A DNA stretch of 64,000 bases. Origin: Octopus sinensis (Eukaryota). Location: NCBI RefSeq assembly GCF_006345805.1, contig NC_043010.1, positions 64,790,001 to 64,854,000 on the forward strand. The letters run 5' to 3'. Shown in pieces: positions 27,177 through 39,164 of this stretch (the first letter of the stretch is position 1; each line of letters starts with the position of its first letter). The notes below the pieces were generated by a model, which worked only from the letters and a program-made list of their open reading frames with translations, searched no databases and was not told the DNA's origin. The position numbers and the translations under genes are program-made.

Positions 27177-27695
27177 GTATATTTGCCATCTCAATATGGC
27201 TAACCACTAAGGGTGGATGTTACTTTAGCTTGTAGCCCCAGGAGAACATCTCCTCCAGCTGGCTATACACATACTTTCTGTGCCCTATCGGTATTTGCAA
27301 AGGGAGGTCATCCTTCCCTCGTCAACCTAAATGATACGTCCGGACTGCAGTTTCTGAGTATTGACCCGTCATCAGCGCACGACAACCACCGGTTTTTGAT
27401 GGAAGGGAGTCCCAATGCAAATATTTATATTCTTTTTCCAGTAACTTTTCGTCACTGATCTTGAAAAAGTGTATACAAGCAATAATAAATCTCTGAACGA
27501 GGTATAGACAGTAACTGCACGACAATGTGAAGTATATTTGCCATCTCAATATGGCTAACCACTAGGGCTGATCTCCCTTTGCAAATACCGATAGGGCACA
27601 GAAAGTGTGTCTATAGCCAGCTGGAGGAGATGTTCTGGGGCTACAAGCTACAGTAACATGCACCCTTAGTGGTTAGCCATATTGAGATGGTAAAT
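27177..27695. repeat. PLE pseudo-LTR-like repeat with tandem and inverted segments; related copy at about 90-430
   Basis: 27177-27472 is similar to 140-427; 27473-27565 is similar to 90-175; 27565-27690 is the reverse complement of 27177-27305; contains a hammerhead. Confidence 0.75.
27339..27379 (-). ncRNA. Minimal type I hammerhead ribozyme motif
   Basis: tgcg-CTGATGA-c-gggt caat actc-a-GAAAC-tgca-GTC-cgga; one mismatch each in stems I and II. Confidence 0.7.
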
Positions 27696-30600
27696 AAACA
27701 AATCGCAATATATTATCTAAGCATATTTTTGGTAAGTTTTCGTGACCTTAACGTTGGTCCAAATGATACTTTACTTTCAGAATGCTTTCCCATTGCGGTT
27801 CAGCTTCTAAATTATTACATCCTGAAAACGTCGAAGCACAGGATGCTATATCCATTGGCAAACCGTTTCTAACTCAAAAGCTATTGTCTCAGAGAGCACA
27901 GATTTTATTGGAGTTATTATAAGATTATTTACTCTCCGTGAGTTCTAAACATGTAAATCAATGAAATGGTCATTAAAGTTCTGGGCCACATCTCGTAAAA
28001 TAAATCTAAAATTTATTAGATTCTTCCTCTCTCTACACTAAAACCCATATCTCTCTTTCGGCATTAAATTTCCGTCATATTTCTCTTGTCCGTTTCCCTA
28101 ATCGACCTACCAACAAATACCGAATAATACTTCCTCTCGTCTAGTCTTAGTTTACACCCAAACATGTCTGTACAGTTAAGCTTGTACTGCGATTGCATTA
28201 TCATTGATTCTGTCTCTGTATCAAAATATCGCTTTTCTATCTTTCGCCAAGGGCAACACCACTCAACGTTAAATAATAGAAGTTCAATAGTTATTGGTTA
28301 GACCTTCATCAATCATACCCTGATTTTCTTTGATCGAAAGATGCTTTATCAATCGATCGACTTCTGATGGAATTTATTTTTATCGAAACGACTTCTTTGT
28401 GAAACGTTATTTCACCGACATTCAAAACGATTTCCATATAAAAGTTTTGTAGATATCTTGTGCACTGATTTCATCTATGGGACAGTTTTTAACTCAGGAT
28501 AATTACAAACATACAATGCATCCTACAAAGCACAATATTTTAAAATAAAAAGTAATTTTAAATAATATAAAATTAGAATTTTAATCGAAAGCTTTAATCT
28601 AAAGGAAAACTTTGAGGCACCTTCGAATATTATTATTTGTATGTGGCAAAATATTTTACATAGCTCCATATATATTCCATCACACAGACCAAATCCATGT
28701 TTTCAAACTGTGTGAAAGAATCAATAAAAAGTTTTTTGTCACTCAATTTTCTAACAAATTCTTCAAATTTAGATGCAGCATTTCAATGTACAAGTGCAAA
28801 TAGTTGAAATAGTTTGGTAAGAAGGGCATGTTTTCTTGTAATAGTGTATCAACTTTGCTCTAACGCTATCCGAAATGAGAGAAACATACATCCAAATATC
28901 TTCTCTTCTTGTAAAATAATCTAAATCCATCCACATACGTAAAGAGCAATAAAAACACACGCATGTATTTGTCTTTAGAATATAAATAGACTCATTGATT
29001 GATTGATTGATTGACTGATTCATTGATGGCCCCTTTATAAAATTTGACGATGACCGAGCAGTAAGCATAATGAACAATTAAAGAACATAAAAAAAAGAAA
29101 GAAAGAAAATAGAAGATTCCTAAAGTTACGTTTGTTAATCTGTGGTCAATGGAGAGAATGATTTTAACTGCACGACACCTCGACAAAGGACGAAACCGTA
29201 CATAGGATCACAGCAGCTTCCTCCAGTTATCACACATTCTGTGATTCTGGAACTCTGGAAGTGACAGCATTTCCTTGGTGCAAATATGTGACTCTCCCAC
29301 CACTGCAATGCAATGGTGCCATCTACGGCTGCAAGTAATTTCAGCCATAAAGAATTAATAAGAAACAGGACTGGCTATACAACATTTCGACAACGACGCC
29401 GTCACGTAGTGTTTGGGTAAAAAGAAAAACACCTACATCTTCCACACGCCTGAAACTACCATCCCGACTGTAGTTCATAGTTGCTGAGGTATGGAAAACC
29501 CCCCTCAACTGAGTCACCATATCACGAAATATGCCCACTGTCAAGATAAAGTCAAGACAACGGAGTTTGTGTGCTTAAGGAGAGAATTATTAAAGTGGCT
29601 GAAGGGATCTCCAAACTTCGCATTAATATCCTAAAAATTTATTTCAGATGTTTGCCCTGCATTGTGGTTTCCATCCCAAGATGAAATTATGTTTCCATTT
29701 GTATCAGTTGCACCTCCTTGGCCAGCCACCGCCAGCAATGAAGCTGTCGAAATGAAGGCTATATAATCCTATCATACTTCATTTGAATGAACTGAAAACA
29801 AACCACTAAACATACACATACATTTAATGTGTGCAGATATACGCATTACCGATGTCCATTAACAACCCTGAATTCAGCTATCCATTAACAAGTCTTGTTT
29901 TTCACTCTGTAAGATATCCAGCGTCCTCTTCCTCACCAAACAAGCTTGGTGGGATTATCAGTTTAATCACCGACAACCCGACTGTGTAAAGAATTGCACT
30001 GTTACTTTTTCGATAGCATTTTCAAAGGAACAACCAGACCCAAATTATGAATGATATCCTATACAAGTTACCACTATATCGACCAGACTATCGGATGTTG
30101 TTACACTTGCTCGCGCTATCATAGCTTTTGAATAATGCCGCCTCATGCTGGCTGGGCTGGCAGACCAACATCCCCCTGAACAGAACACCAGTTTGCCGAA
30201 GGTTTATCCATTTACAGCTGAGTGAACTGGGATAACGACAAAGAAGAATTTTACTCTAGAACTCAACGCATCACTGGTCCGAGAATTGAAACACCGATTT
30301 TACAATCATGGATGCAACAACCTAACCACCAGAACATTAATCTCTCTCTCTTTCTTTCTCTCTCTCTCTTTCTCTCTCTCTCTTTCTCTCTCTCTCTTTC
30401 TTTCCCCCCCTCTCTCTAACAAGATTGGTTAAATAATCTGAGTTATATTTTCAAATGCAAATTATATATCTATTTGAAATTTATATTTCTATAGGGAAAA
30501 TTGTTGCTATCTGTAACACAATTTCTACTGAAAGATATTATACTTATAGTTTTTATGTAGATAAAATGGTATAGACGCAAGCGAGGCTGTGTGGCAAGAA

Positions 30601-31888
30601 GTTTGCTTCACAATCAGATTTGTCTGGGTTCAAGTCCTATTGCGTGGCACCTTGGATAAGTGTCTTCTGCTATAACCCCAGGCCGACCAAAGCGTTGTGG
30701 TAGATTTAGCAAACGGAAACTGAAAGGAGCTTTTCGTGTGTAACATGTGTGGGTGTGTGTTGGTCTCCCACAATATCTTGATGACCAGTGTTGGTTTACA
30801 TTTGCATAATAAGTAATGAGGTCGATTCATTCGACCAAACAAAACTTTTCAGGACAGTGCCCCAGTATGGCCGCAGTCCAATGACTGAAGCAGAAGATAT
30901 ATCTGCACAAATATCTGTCATCTTTCGAACTTATTTTGTATAACAATTAATACATTCTTTTATTATTTGTTTATTTATATTTATATATATATAATCTTTA
31001 TCTTAAATTGAAAATTATTTCAAACCGCACAAAAGATACAATTATTTTATTTTTTCATAAATTGATTCAATAAAATGACTTCTCTTTTAAAGGTCTGCCT
31101 TGAGTCAGTCTGAGAATTATTCTTATGCCTCTGAGCGTGTATGATAGTTTGTGTGTATGTAGATGTGTGGTTACTTACAATGCACTCATACTCACGAACA
31201 CAAAATCACAAAGACAGGCAGACATATGTGTATATATACACAACCGCACAGATACACACACACACATTTCGTTTATTCTCCCCTCCCCCTCTCTTATAAG
31301 CTACTCCTCATCTACATGCATTCATACAAGCATACCTAAACACAGGCGTAGGAATAATTCTCAGACAGACTCAAGGGAGAAATTTAAAACAAAGGAAATG
31401 TCATTGATGAGGTCAAGAATAGCAACGAAATCACCTTGACACACAAGCAAACGATTGCTTAACGAACACATAAAACAAACGAGCGGTTAGTTAGTTTGTT
31501 AGTTATTGAACCGTTTGACTAACAATGAAAATGTCATTTTGAACCAGTACGTATGTTTACTGGGGCAATGACCCTCCCAACACAACAAGATTTGTTTCCA
31601 CACACGAATTCGAATCAAGAGTCTTGCAATCCGCATACAAAATAAAGTATTTTACAAAATACTTTTTAAAAAATTAATTCGATGTCAAGTGGTTTAGATG
31701 AAAAAAAAGTATTGTTTCAGTAATATGGTGTCTTGTGAAAATACGTTTACTTAAGGTTTTTTCAAAAAAAAAATTGATTTGATGATAAGATGTGGTTTTG
31801 GTATCACTGATAATGCATGACATGAAATACCCCAAATACATTTGAATAAACAATTGGAAATCGCTCTTAATGTGAGAAATCAACATAC

Positions 31889-32032
31889 CAAATAACTTAA
31901 TATGATAAACTCCAGCTTTCCCAACAATATACAATACAGAACTCTTTACGTCACCGGTACAAATTGTTCTATTTGTGTTTGGTTTTAGATAGCATTCCAT
32001 TCCTTGTGGATAGATAACGTTCATTTTTGAAT
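31889..32032 (-). CDS. Host gene exon D, second half of the divergent FTP-like domain (tentative)
   Basis: ctgttctctctag|AT acceptor, G|gtatgt donor, 144 bp, phase 1-1; SKMNVIYPQGMECYLKPNTNRTICTGDVKSSVLYIVGKAGVYHIKLF; joins exon E as HIKLF-G-CPPQLYGKDC. Confidence 0.75.
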
Positions 32033-33082
32033 CTAGAGAGAACAGAATATACAATATACATAAAAATAGAAAATTTATGTCAGCAAATGTTAAGTTTAAA
32101 TAAATATAAATAAAACAAGTGTGCGTGCGTATGTGTGTGTATTTATACGTCACTACAGTAAACAGGGTCACTAATCAGTACCAGTATTGCTAAAAATAAG
32201 AGTCAAATCAACTCAATAGTCACACATACATACATTTATATATATGCATGGATACGTATGTATCCATATCAGTGTATATGTCACGAGATCTACTTCACAG
32301 CCCTTAACTGCTCCTTTAAAAACTGCAAGTCACCATCTTCATCATCAACATCATTGTATCAGCTGCCTTTTAATATATATGGTATATTTAGCACCCTGTC
32401 AGCCAGATCCATGACTACATTTCGATACTAATTTGCAGTGATCTCATTTTTCTGACATTATCAATGCACTTGAGTAAGTATGACTCTTGCAGTGTCCTTT
32501 CTGCTAAATATTTTGGGCTTTTTATGTCTGCATAGAGAAAACTATTAAATACACCGATTATTTTTCTTAGACGTGCTCTGAAATCAGCCGACATTCGTGA
32601 AATTGATAAATATATTGATGAGAGGAAGAGGAGACAGAGAGCGAATGGTAAGGAAAGGTCTACCTTTGCACTGAAATACTTGCATTATTAACATTATTTT
32701 AGGTGGCGAGCTAGCATTCATTCCGGCGCTTTCCTCTTAAATTCTGGGGTCGATAAAATAAGAACTACCCTGCACTAATTCAAGTTTGGATTTTACACAG
32801 ACTTGTAAGAATCTACGTATATACCACGTTGCCAATAATTTCAGAGATTCTGCTCACTTGGAATAATCGTTATAAATTTTCTAATAAGCATTAAAAAACC
32901 TGCTCAGTCAACTTGAACCAATATTTTGATACTTTCATAAAATAATATTATATTGTCATTCAATTGATAATATCTGAATACTGTGTATTTAAAACGAATT
33001 AATTTCGATTTATCATTATGAAAAATATAATCACTACAATCATTATCAACAATATAATAGAATATGAAATATTATTTCTCAC

Positions 33083-33232
33083 CTGTAAAATTACTGTAAA
33101 TTTCTACAGTACTAAATCTGTATGTGTTTCTGAAGAATATTCTTATTAGGCGTTTCACTGCATGTTTGTTATCAGAGGAAAATAAATAGGAATGCGTCTT
33201 CGACTCGTTCTTTATGAATTCATGATATGTTC
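33083..33232 (-). CDS. Host gene exon C, first half of a divergent FTP/discoidin-like domain (tentative)
   Basis: tttctttatatacag|GA acceptor, G|gtgaga donor, 150 bp open, phase 1-1; TYHEFIKNESKTHSYLFSSDNKHAVKRLIRIFFRNTYRFSTVEIYSNFT. Not in the ORF track. Confidence 0.7.
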
Positions 33233-33916
33233 CTGTATATAAAGAAATAAGTTTAGATTATTAAACTGAAAAATCGGAAAATGAATGCGAATAGCAACAA
33301 ACGGGAACAAGTGTTCAGATAAGTAATGGTATATTTTAGAAACAAAAGAGATTTTTTACATTTGAATTACAACAAATATTAACACTTAGAAACTACAAGT
33401 TTTATTCTGATTATAGAAAGAGGTTACAAATATTGTAAAAATGTTCTTTTATTTTCCGAAGATGCAGCTGTATTAGTCCTGGTGTATATACTCGAAGGAA
33501 CAGCCTCTATTCAGTTTATATTTACATTGTGAAAGAAAATACAAAACAATCCTTCCATCACTACGTTATAGTGAAACATGTGGTGAGATTGTGAGATCTA
33601 ATACTCTGAAGAAGGAAGGCGCTGAGCTGGGAGAAACGTTATCACGTCGAACAAAATGCCTAACAGCATTTCGTCTCCTAAAACGGTGAGGTAGGGGAAC
33701 CGTTAGAACGGTGCGCACGAAGCGCTTAACGGTATTTCATCCGTTTCTGAATTCAATTTCCATTTTACTTTTCATCCATTTGAGGTCGTTAAGCTATCAG
33801 TTGATCACTGAGATCAATATTATCAACTTCCCAAGAAATAGTTGCCCCTGTGCTAGAATTTGAAACCTATATATTTATAGAAATGAATATACGTATGTAT
33901 GTATGTATACATGCAG

Positions 33917-33957
<41 letters not shown>

Positions 33958-33958
33958 T

Positions 33959-34028
<70 letters not shown>

Positions 34029-34411
34029 TGTAGGAAGAAATGGAGCTGAACGAAGATTTAACAAAATTCCTTTCTATTATTTTCTACATGTGTTTCAAAG
34101 GCTGCAAAGTCCATAATTCGGATTGAATAAGGAGTCCATTTTGCAGCCTTCTCTTCAGGAAAATCCAGGAACTTAATTCTCCAACAAAATGCACAGCAAG
34201 CTTTTCGACAAACGCTCATGAGGAGCCCATGGAATAAATGGCACCATTTATTCAATAAATATATAAAACTTCAAATTTCCGCACTAAGGCACGGATTTTA
34301 GGCCCCATGGTCGTAACCTCAACCGTGCTTTTTCTGTTGTGATTTTTGCTACCCAGGTATCGGTTATCATTTGAATTATCCGTAATAAGATAATTCATTT
34401 ATCTACTTCAA

Positions 34412-34501
<90 letters not shown>

Positions 34502-35791
34502 ATATATAAATATATACATACATATATGTACATACCTTCATATATATGTATATATACATGCATATATGGGTACAGGACATCAAAAAAACATTGAACACAA
34601 TGTGAAACGAAAACAAAAACATAGAAAACGAACTTTTTTTCGAACAATGAAATAAACAGAGAAACGAGACATGATACACTTGTGTGATTGAGTGTGTTTA
34701 TGTTTGTGTGAGAATATATAGATATTGTTACGAATGGGAAAAATTACAACTTCTAGTTCGCACGACGTGGATTAGAACACTCCTCTCTGGTTTTATAAGC
34801 AAAGGCAGTGTGGTTTTGGCGTAACTGGCTGTGTAAGAGAACGCAGTGTGATTTTGGGGATCTCAGTCACAGATTTCTTAATTAATAATTTTTTTTGTAA
34901 CTAAACAGTTTGAAACTTCGGATACTGGTTGAACGTGACACGTAGAACGCGGTTTACTCTTAACATTCTTAATAAAATTTTGTATTTTAGAGTTATTTCG
35001 TGTTAAACTTGTCGTATTTGGGGAATTTTAACCAATCAATGACGTGTAGTCAGCTGAAGAAGGTTACATTACGAAAGTAATGGAAGAGTAACCACTTCCG
35101 GGTCATCGAGTCATGAAAGACAGAGAGGTGGGAGAAAAGTATAAAAGAAAAGAAAGGTGGGTGAGAAAAACAGAAAGTTTTTTTTATAGGGAATACATAA
35201 CTGTGTGTGTGTGCGTGTGTATTTTTTCCATCTTATCCAATGTGTCTTCTCGTTTATATAATATTAGCGTGTGGCATTTCCAGCAGGTCAAGCAACAATA
35301 CAGATTGTCAGATTTTCTCGCACACACATACATACATGCATACATGCACACATACATACACACATACATACATGCGCATATACATACATACATACATACA
35401 AACATACATACATACATACATACATACATACATACATACATACATACATACATGTACATACACACAAATATACGTTTTAATCGTTTTCAGTTAACTCGTT
35501 CAATGAATGCGTCTGATTTTTTTAATGTAACAAATCAGAGAGAGGGAGAGAGAGAGAGAGAGAGAGAGAGTATTTCTTTATTCACCATAAGGTTGAGAAA
35601 AAGAGGGGACAAAACAAACGTTGGGGTCAGGGTATCGAATGAGACGAAACATATGAATAAACAAACAATTAAAATATATACAATTAAATGAGAATGAGTG
35701 ATTAACAAAAAATGAAGCGGAGGACGCGGTCGACCCCACAAACCACATACTCACACTGAAGACTTTGCTTTATCCTTTTTTACATTCTCGA

Positions 35792-38700
35792 TTAAACAGG
35801 TTCTTTCACTCGCAACATACTTGCTATAGACTTCCATCTTTTACGAAACACACTTTGCGACAGGCATTTCTCGAGACTGGAGATAAACATGCCTGTTGCA
35901 ATTCCTTTTACTCTCGTCTTCCACACTACTTCTTTCGCCATAGCAACTACCGAAAGAAAACAGGCTCGCTCCTCCCTATTCAGGAAGGTCGGCGTAACTA
36001 TCTTAATTACAGATTCGCTCGACAGTTGTACTCTTCTCGAATGCGACAGCAGGTGTTCTACATAAGTCCAGAGTTCAGTCACCTTGGGGCATTGCACAAT
36101 CGCGTGCAGGACAGTTTCACTGTCCCTCTTACATCTTGCACAAACCGGCGAAGTTGCACACCCATGTCTAAAGAGCTTATCTCGAACCGGTAAAGCTCCT
36201 CTGTAATATTGCCAGGCCAGGGACTTTTGGTAATTATCCATAGGCCCCGGACCGAATGTTCTTTGGAACAGGCTGGCCAGTTGATTTTCGTCGAAGCCCA
36301 GAGTTTCTCCTAGGACGTCGTCACACTTAAACTCTACTAACCCTCTATAGAAGAACGAGGTAGTAGCCCCGCCACCGGCGTTGCCCGACTGGGAGAGAAG
36401 CACGAGTGCCTGATAGCACTCTGCATGCCACATGCCCAACCTCGGTCTACACTTGATCCATGGGTTCAGTTCGTTAAACGATGTGAACTGTGGAAATAAC
36501 AGCTTGACAAACGGAGACCACACCTGCTCACCGTCCAGGTAAATCCAGAGGTGCCTAAGCCTGAGCGCATGTCTGCGCATTTTTAGCCACGGCATCCCTA
36601 ACCCACCGTTCAGCGGCTTTTGGCAGCAAATAGAGCGCCTTACAAGAGGTCTGCTGCCCCTCCACAAAAAGCGAAAGAGCATGCATTCCAGTTTGTTCAG
36701 CCACGAATCGGGGCAAGGCACTACGGTTAGGCGGTAAGTGATTACAGAGGCAATAAACACCTCCGCCCTCCCTTTCAAGGACAGCTTCCGCTCAGACCAT
36801 GTCTGAGTTAGGAGAGCCACCTTTCTCGCCACATCGCTCCAGTTCTTCTCTATCTGGAGATCTGGACCTAACCAGATCCCAAGCATTTTCACCGGTCCTT
36901 CCGTCCAACGTCCTACGACGCTGTCGGAAGACATCGACTTGCCCCTCCAGGTGCCGAGTTGCAAGCCGACCGATTTATCCCGATTGACTTTCGCTCCTGC
37001 CACCGCTTCGTAGTCTCTTAAGGCCTCACCCACCCACTGTAGGTGCTCGACTCGGGAAACGATGACGGTGATGTCGTCCGCATACGCCGAAGCTGACTTT
37101 CCGCACCCTAGATCTTGCGGAGTGCCTCTCATAGTTTCCAACCTCCTCAGCAACGGCTCGAGGGCCAAAACGTAGAGAAGCGGGGAGAGAGGACACCCTT
37201 GACGTACCGAACGTTCAATGCTGAACGGCTCCGAAAGGAAACCATTTACCCGAACTACCGATTCGATGTTGCTGTATAAAGCGATGATCCATCCGCGGAA
37301 GGTCGGGCCGAAGCCAGCCGCCGCGAGGACCGCCGCCAGATACTGATGGTCCACCCTATCAAACGCTTTCGATTGGTCCAAGTGGACCATAGCCCCACCC
37401 TTGCCAGGAATCCTATTTACCCTTTCTAAGGCATAGCGTAGAAAGTGGAGATTGTCGTGGATGGTCCTTCCAGGGATGGCGCAAGTTTGCGCCTCGCCAA
37501 GTTCACCCACGACCCTCGCCAACCTTTTTGCTAAGACCTTGGCCAAGATCTTCAAGTCTGCGTTAAGCAGGGTGATAGGCCGGAAATTATCAATTAAATC
37601 CCCCTTGTTTGGGTCCTTTCTTAACAGCGCTACCACCCCTCGGCTCACAGACTTAGGAATTCTCCCGTTCTGCTGCCAGTTGGTGTACACGCATGCAAGT
37701 AGGTGCCCAAACAAGTCTGGCATGCTACTATAGTGTTCGTAAGGCAGACCATCGAGTCCCGGCGATTTGTCCCCGCCACAGTCTGCCAACATATCCTCGA
37801 CTTCTTTGGCTGTGATCGGCGCCTCACAAGATTCCGCGTCCGGCCTCGATAGACGCGGCGAACCGGCTAGGAAGTCTGCGAGCTTCTCCCCGCGCTCCAG
37901 CTCGCCGCTCCTCCCGAATAGCTGGGCGAAATGATCATGAAACACCTTGCACATCTCCTCGGGTTCGTTTACTAATCGACCATTTGGGCCCGTCAAGGAT
38001 CGAATGGTTGAGTTGTTGCCACGCTGGCCCCCTACCACCCGGGCCCATCCGGCCGCGTTGATCCCTTCCTGTCTCATTGCACGGATCTTAGCCCTGACAA
38101 TGCACCCTTCATGTTTAGCTTTGAGATGTGGGTCTAGTGCTAACCTCGCCGCTAACACTTTCGATGCACTGCCTGACCTCATTGCCTCCTCTATTGCCTT
38201 AACTAGTTCCTTTTCTACTTTGTTTCTAGCACTAGCTAGTTCTTTGCTAAACCTAATTGACTCAAATTTGATGGCTCTTTTCAGGGCGTACCACCATTTA
38301 TTGCTGATAATGGATCCGGTTAACGCCCTCATTACTAATTGTTTAATCCGATTCCTGTAGGCTTCACAGTCCAATAGTGACTTGTTTAGCTTCCAGTAAC
38401 CGGTACCTCGTTTACACATGCTATCTATGTCGAGCGTACAGGTCACTAATTTGTGATCGCTGTAGCTGACGATATGGTGTTGTGGACAGCTAAGTATTTT
38501 CTTATCTTTCCTTCTAGTTATGATTCTATCGATATAAGATCTGGACGACCCGTCGTTTCTTGCCCAGGTCCACGCTGGAGTGTCTGGATGGTCCAGTCTG
38601 AATCTATCTGCCAATTCGAAACGACTTAGCATATCGTTGAGGTGAGGTAATCGCCTCGTATTCTTTCTCGAGCCAACATAATCTACGCTTGCATCGCAAA

Positions 38701-39145
38701 TTATGTTGAAGTCACCTAGCAATACTAACGTGTTCGACGTGCCAAGAAAATTCTCTAGGCTTTTGAAATACTCTTTCTGCCCGGCTTTTCCTTCGCAGGG
38801 AGCATAGACAGCGACCAGCCTGAACACTTTACCACTGCTGTGCGTCACATCCAAAACGACCAACCTGCCTTCCGGATCTATAAAGACAGTTCTAATCTCT
38901 AAATCCAGGTTTTTCCTGACCAGCACTGCCACTCCTCCTCCCCCTCCAGGTCGACAGGGAGAAATGTATTTCTCGTAGCCGTTTAGAAGGGGCGAAAAAG
39001 CCTGCAGCCCACTCAGTCTGGATTCGGTAATTACTACTACATCCAAACGATGCGACCTAAGGTCGTTAAGGAGGTAGCCTTGCTTCCAATACGACCCCAG
39101 GCCGCGAGTATTTATACAACCGAGTTTAAACGAGAAAGTGAAAAT
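35792..39145 (-). CDS. Tx1-like ORF2 (APE endonuclease, reverse transcriptase, CCHC finger), open for about 1117 codons
   Basis: Motifs INTRGL, ITESRL, LLGDFN, IDRII, SDHKLV, KSPGLDG, FRPITLLN, DQSKAFDRV, VRQGCPLSP, YADD, CARC...HAIVQC. The frame extends 33 codons upstream of the track start (a TTG) to a TAA at 39146-39148. Confidence 0.92.
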   Translation of the reverse strand: MFTFSFKLGCINTRGLGSYWKQGYLLNDLRSHRLDVVVITESRLSGLQAFSPLLNGYEKYISPCRPGGGGGVAVLVRKNLDLEIRTVFIDPEGRLVVLDVTHSSGKVFRLVAVYAPCEGKAGQKEYFKSLENFLGTSNTLVLLGDFNIICDASVDYVGSRKNTRRLPHLNDMLSRFELADRFRLDHPDTPAWTWARNDGSSRSYIDRIITRRKDKKILSCPQHHIVSYSDHKLVTCTLDIDSMCKRGTGYWKLNKSLLDCEAYRNRIKQLVMRALTGSIISNKWWYALKRAIKFESIRFSKELASARNKVEKELVKAIEEAMRSGSASKVLAARLALDPHLKAKHEGCIVRAKIRAMRQEGINAAGWARVVGGQRGNNSTIRSLTGPNGRLVNEPEEMCKVFHDHFAQLFGRSGELERGEKLADFLAGSPRLSRPDAESCEAPITAKEVEDMLADCGGDKSPGLDGLPYEHYSSMPDLFGHLLACVYTNWQQNGRIPKSVSRGVVALLRKDPNKGDLIDNFRPITLLNADLKILAKVLAKRLARVVGELGEAQTCAIPGRTIHDNLHFLRYALERVNRIPGKGGAMVHLDQSKAFDRVDHQYLAAVLAAAGFGPTFRGWIIALYSNIESVVRVNGFLSEPFSIERSVRQGCPLSPLLYVLALEPLLRRLETMRGTPQDLGCGKSASAYADDITVIVSRVEHLQWVGEALRDYEAVAGAKVNRDKSVGLQLGTWRGKSMSSDSVVGRWTEGPVKMLGIWLGPDLQIEKNWSDVARKVALLTQTWSERKLSLKGRAEVFIASVITYRLTVVPCPDSWLNKLECMLFRFLWRGSRPLVRRSICCQKPLNGGLGMPWLKMRRHALRLRHLWIYLDGEQVWSPFVKLLFPQFTSFNELNPWIKCRPRLGMWHAECYQALVLLSQSGNAGGGATTSFFYRGLVEFKCDDVLGETLGFDENQLASLFQRTFGPGPMDNYQKSLAWQYYRGALPVRDKLFRHGCATSPVCARCKRDSETVLHAIVQCPKVTELWTYVEHLLSHSRRVQLSSESVIKIVTPTFLNREERACFLSVVAMAKEVVWKTRVKGIATGMFISSLEKCLSQSVFRKRWKSIASMLRVKEPV

Positions 39146-39164
39146 TTAGTCGAATGTTTAAAAC

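Noticed and set aside
29300-30180. Possible RTE-type LINE remnant
   Set aside because: Only one weak endonuclease-like motif; too decayed to support.
33605-33642. CTGAAGA...GAAACGTT hammerhead candidate
   Set aside because: No convincing stem I or stem II.
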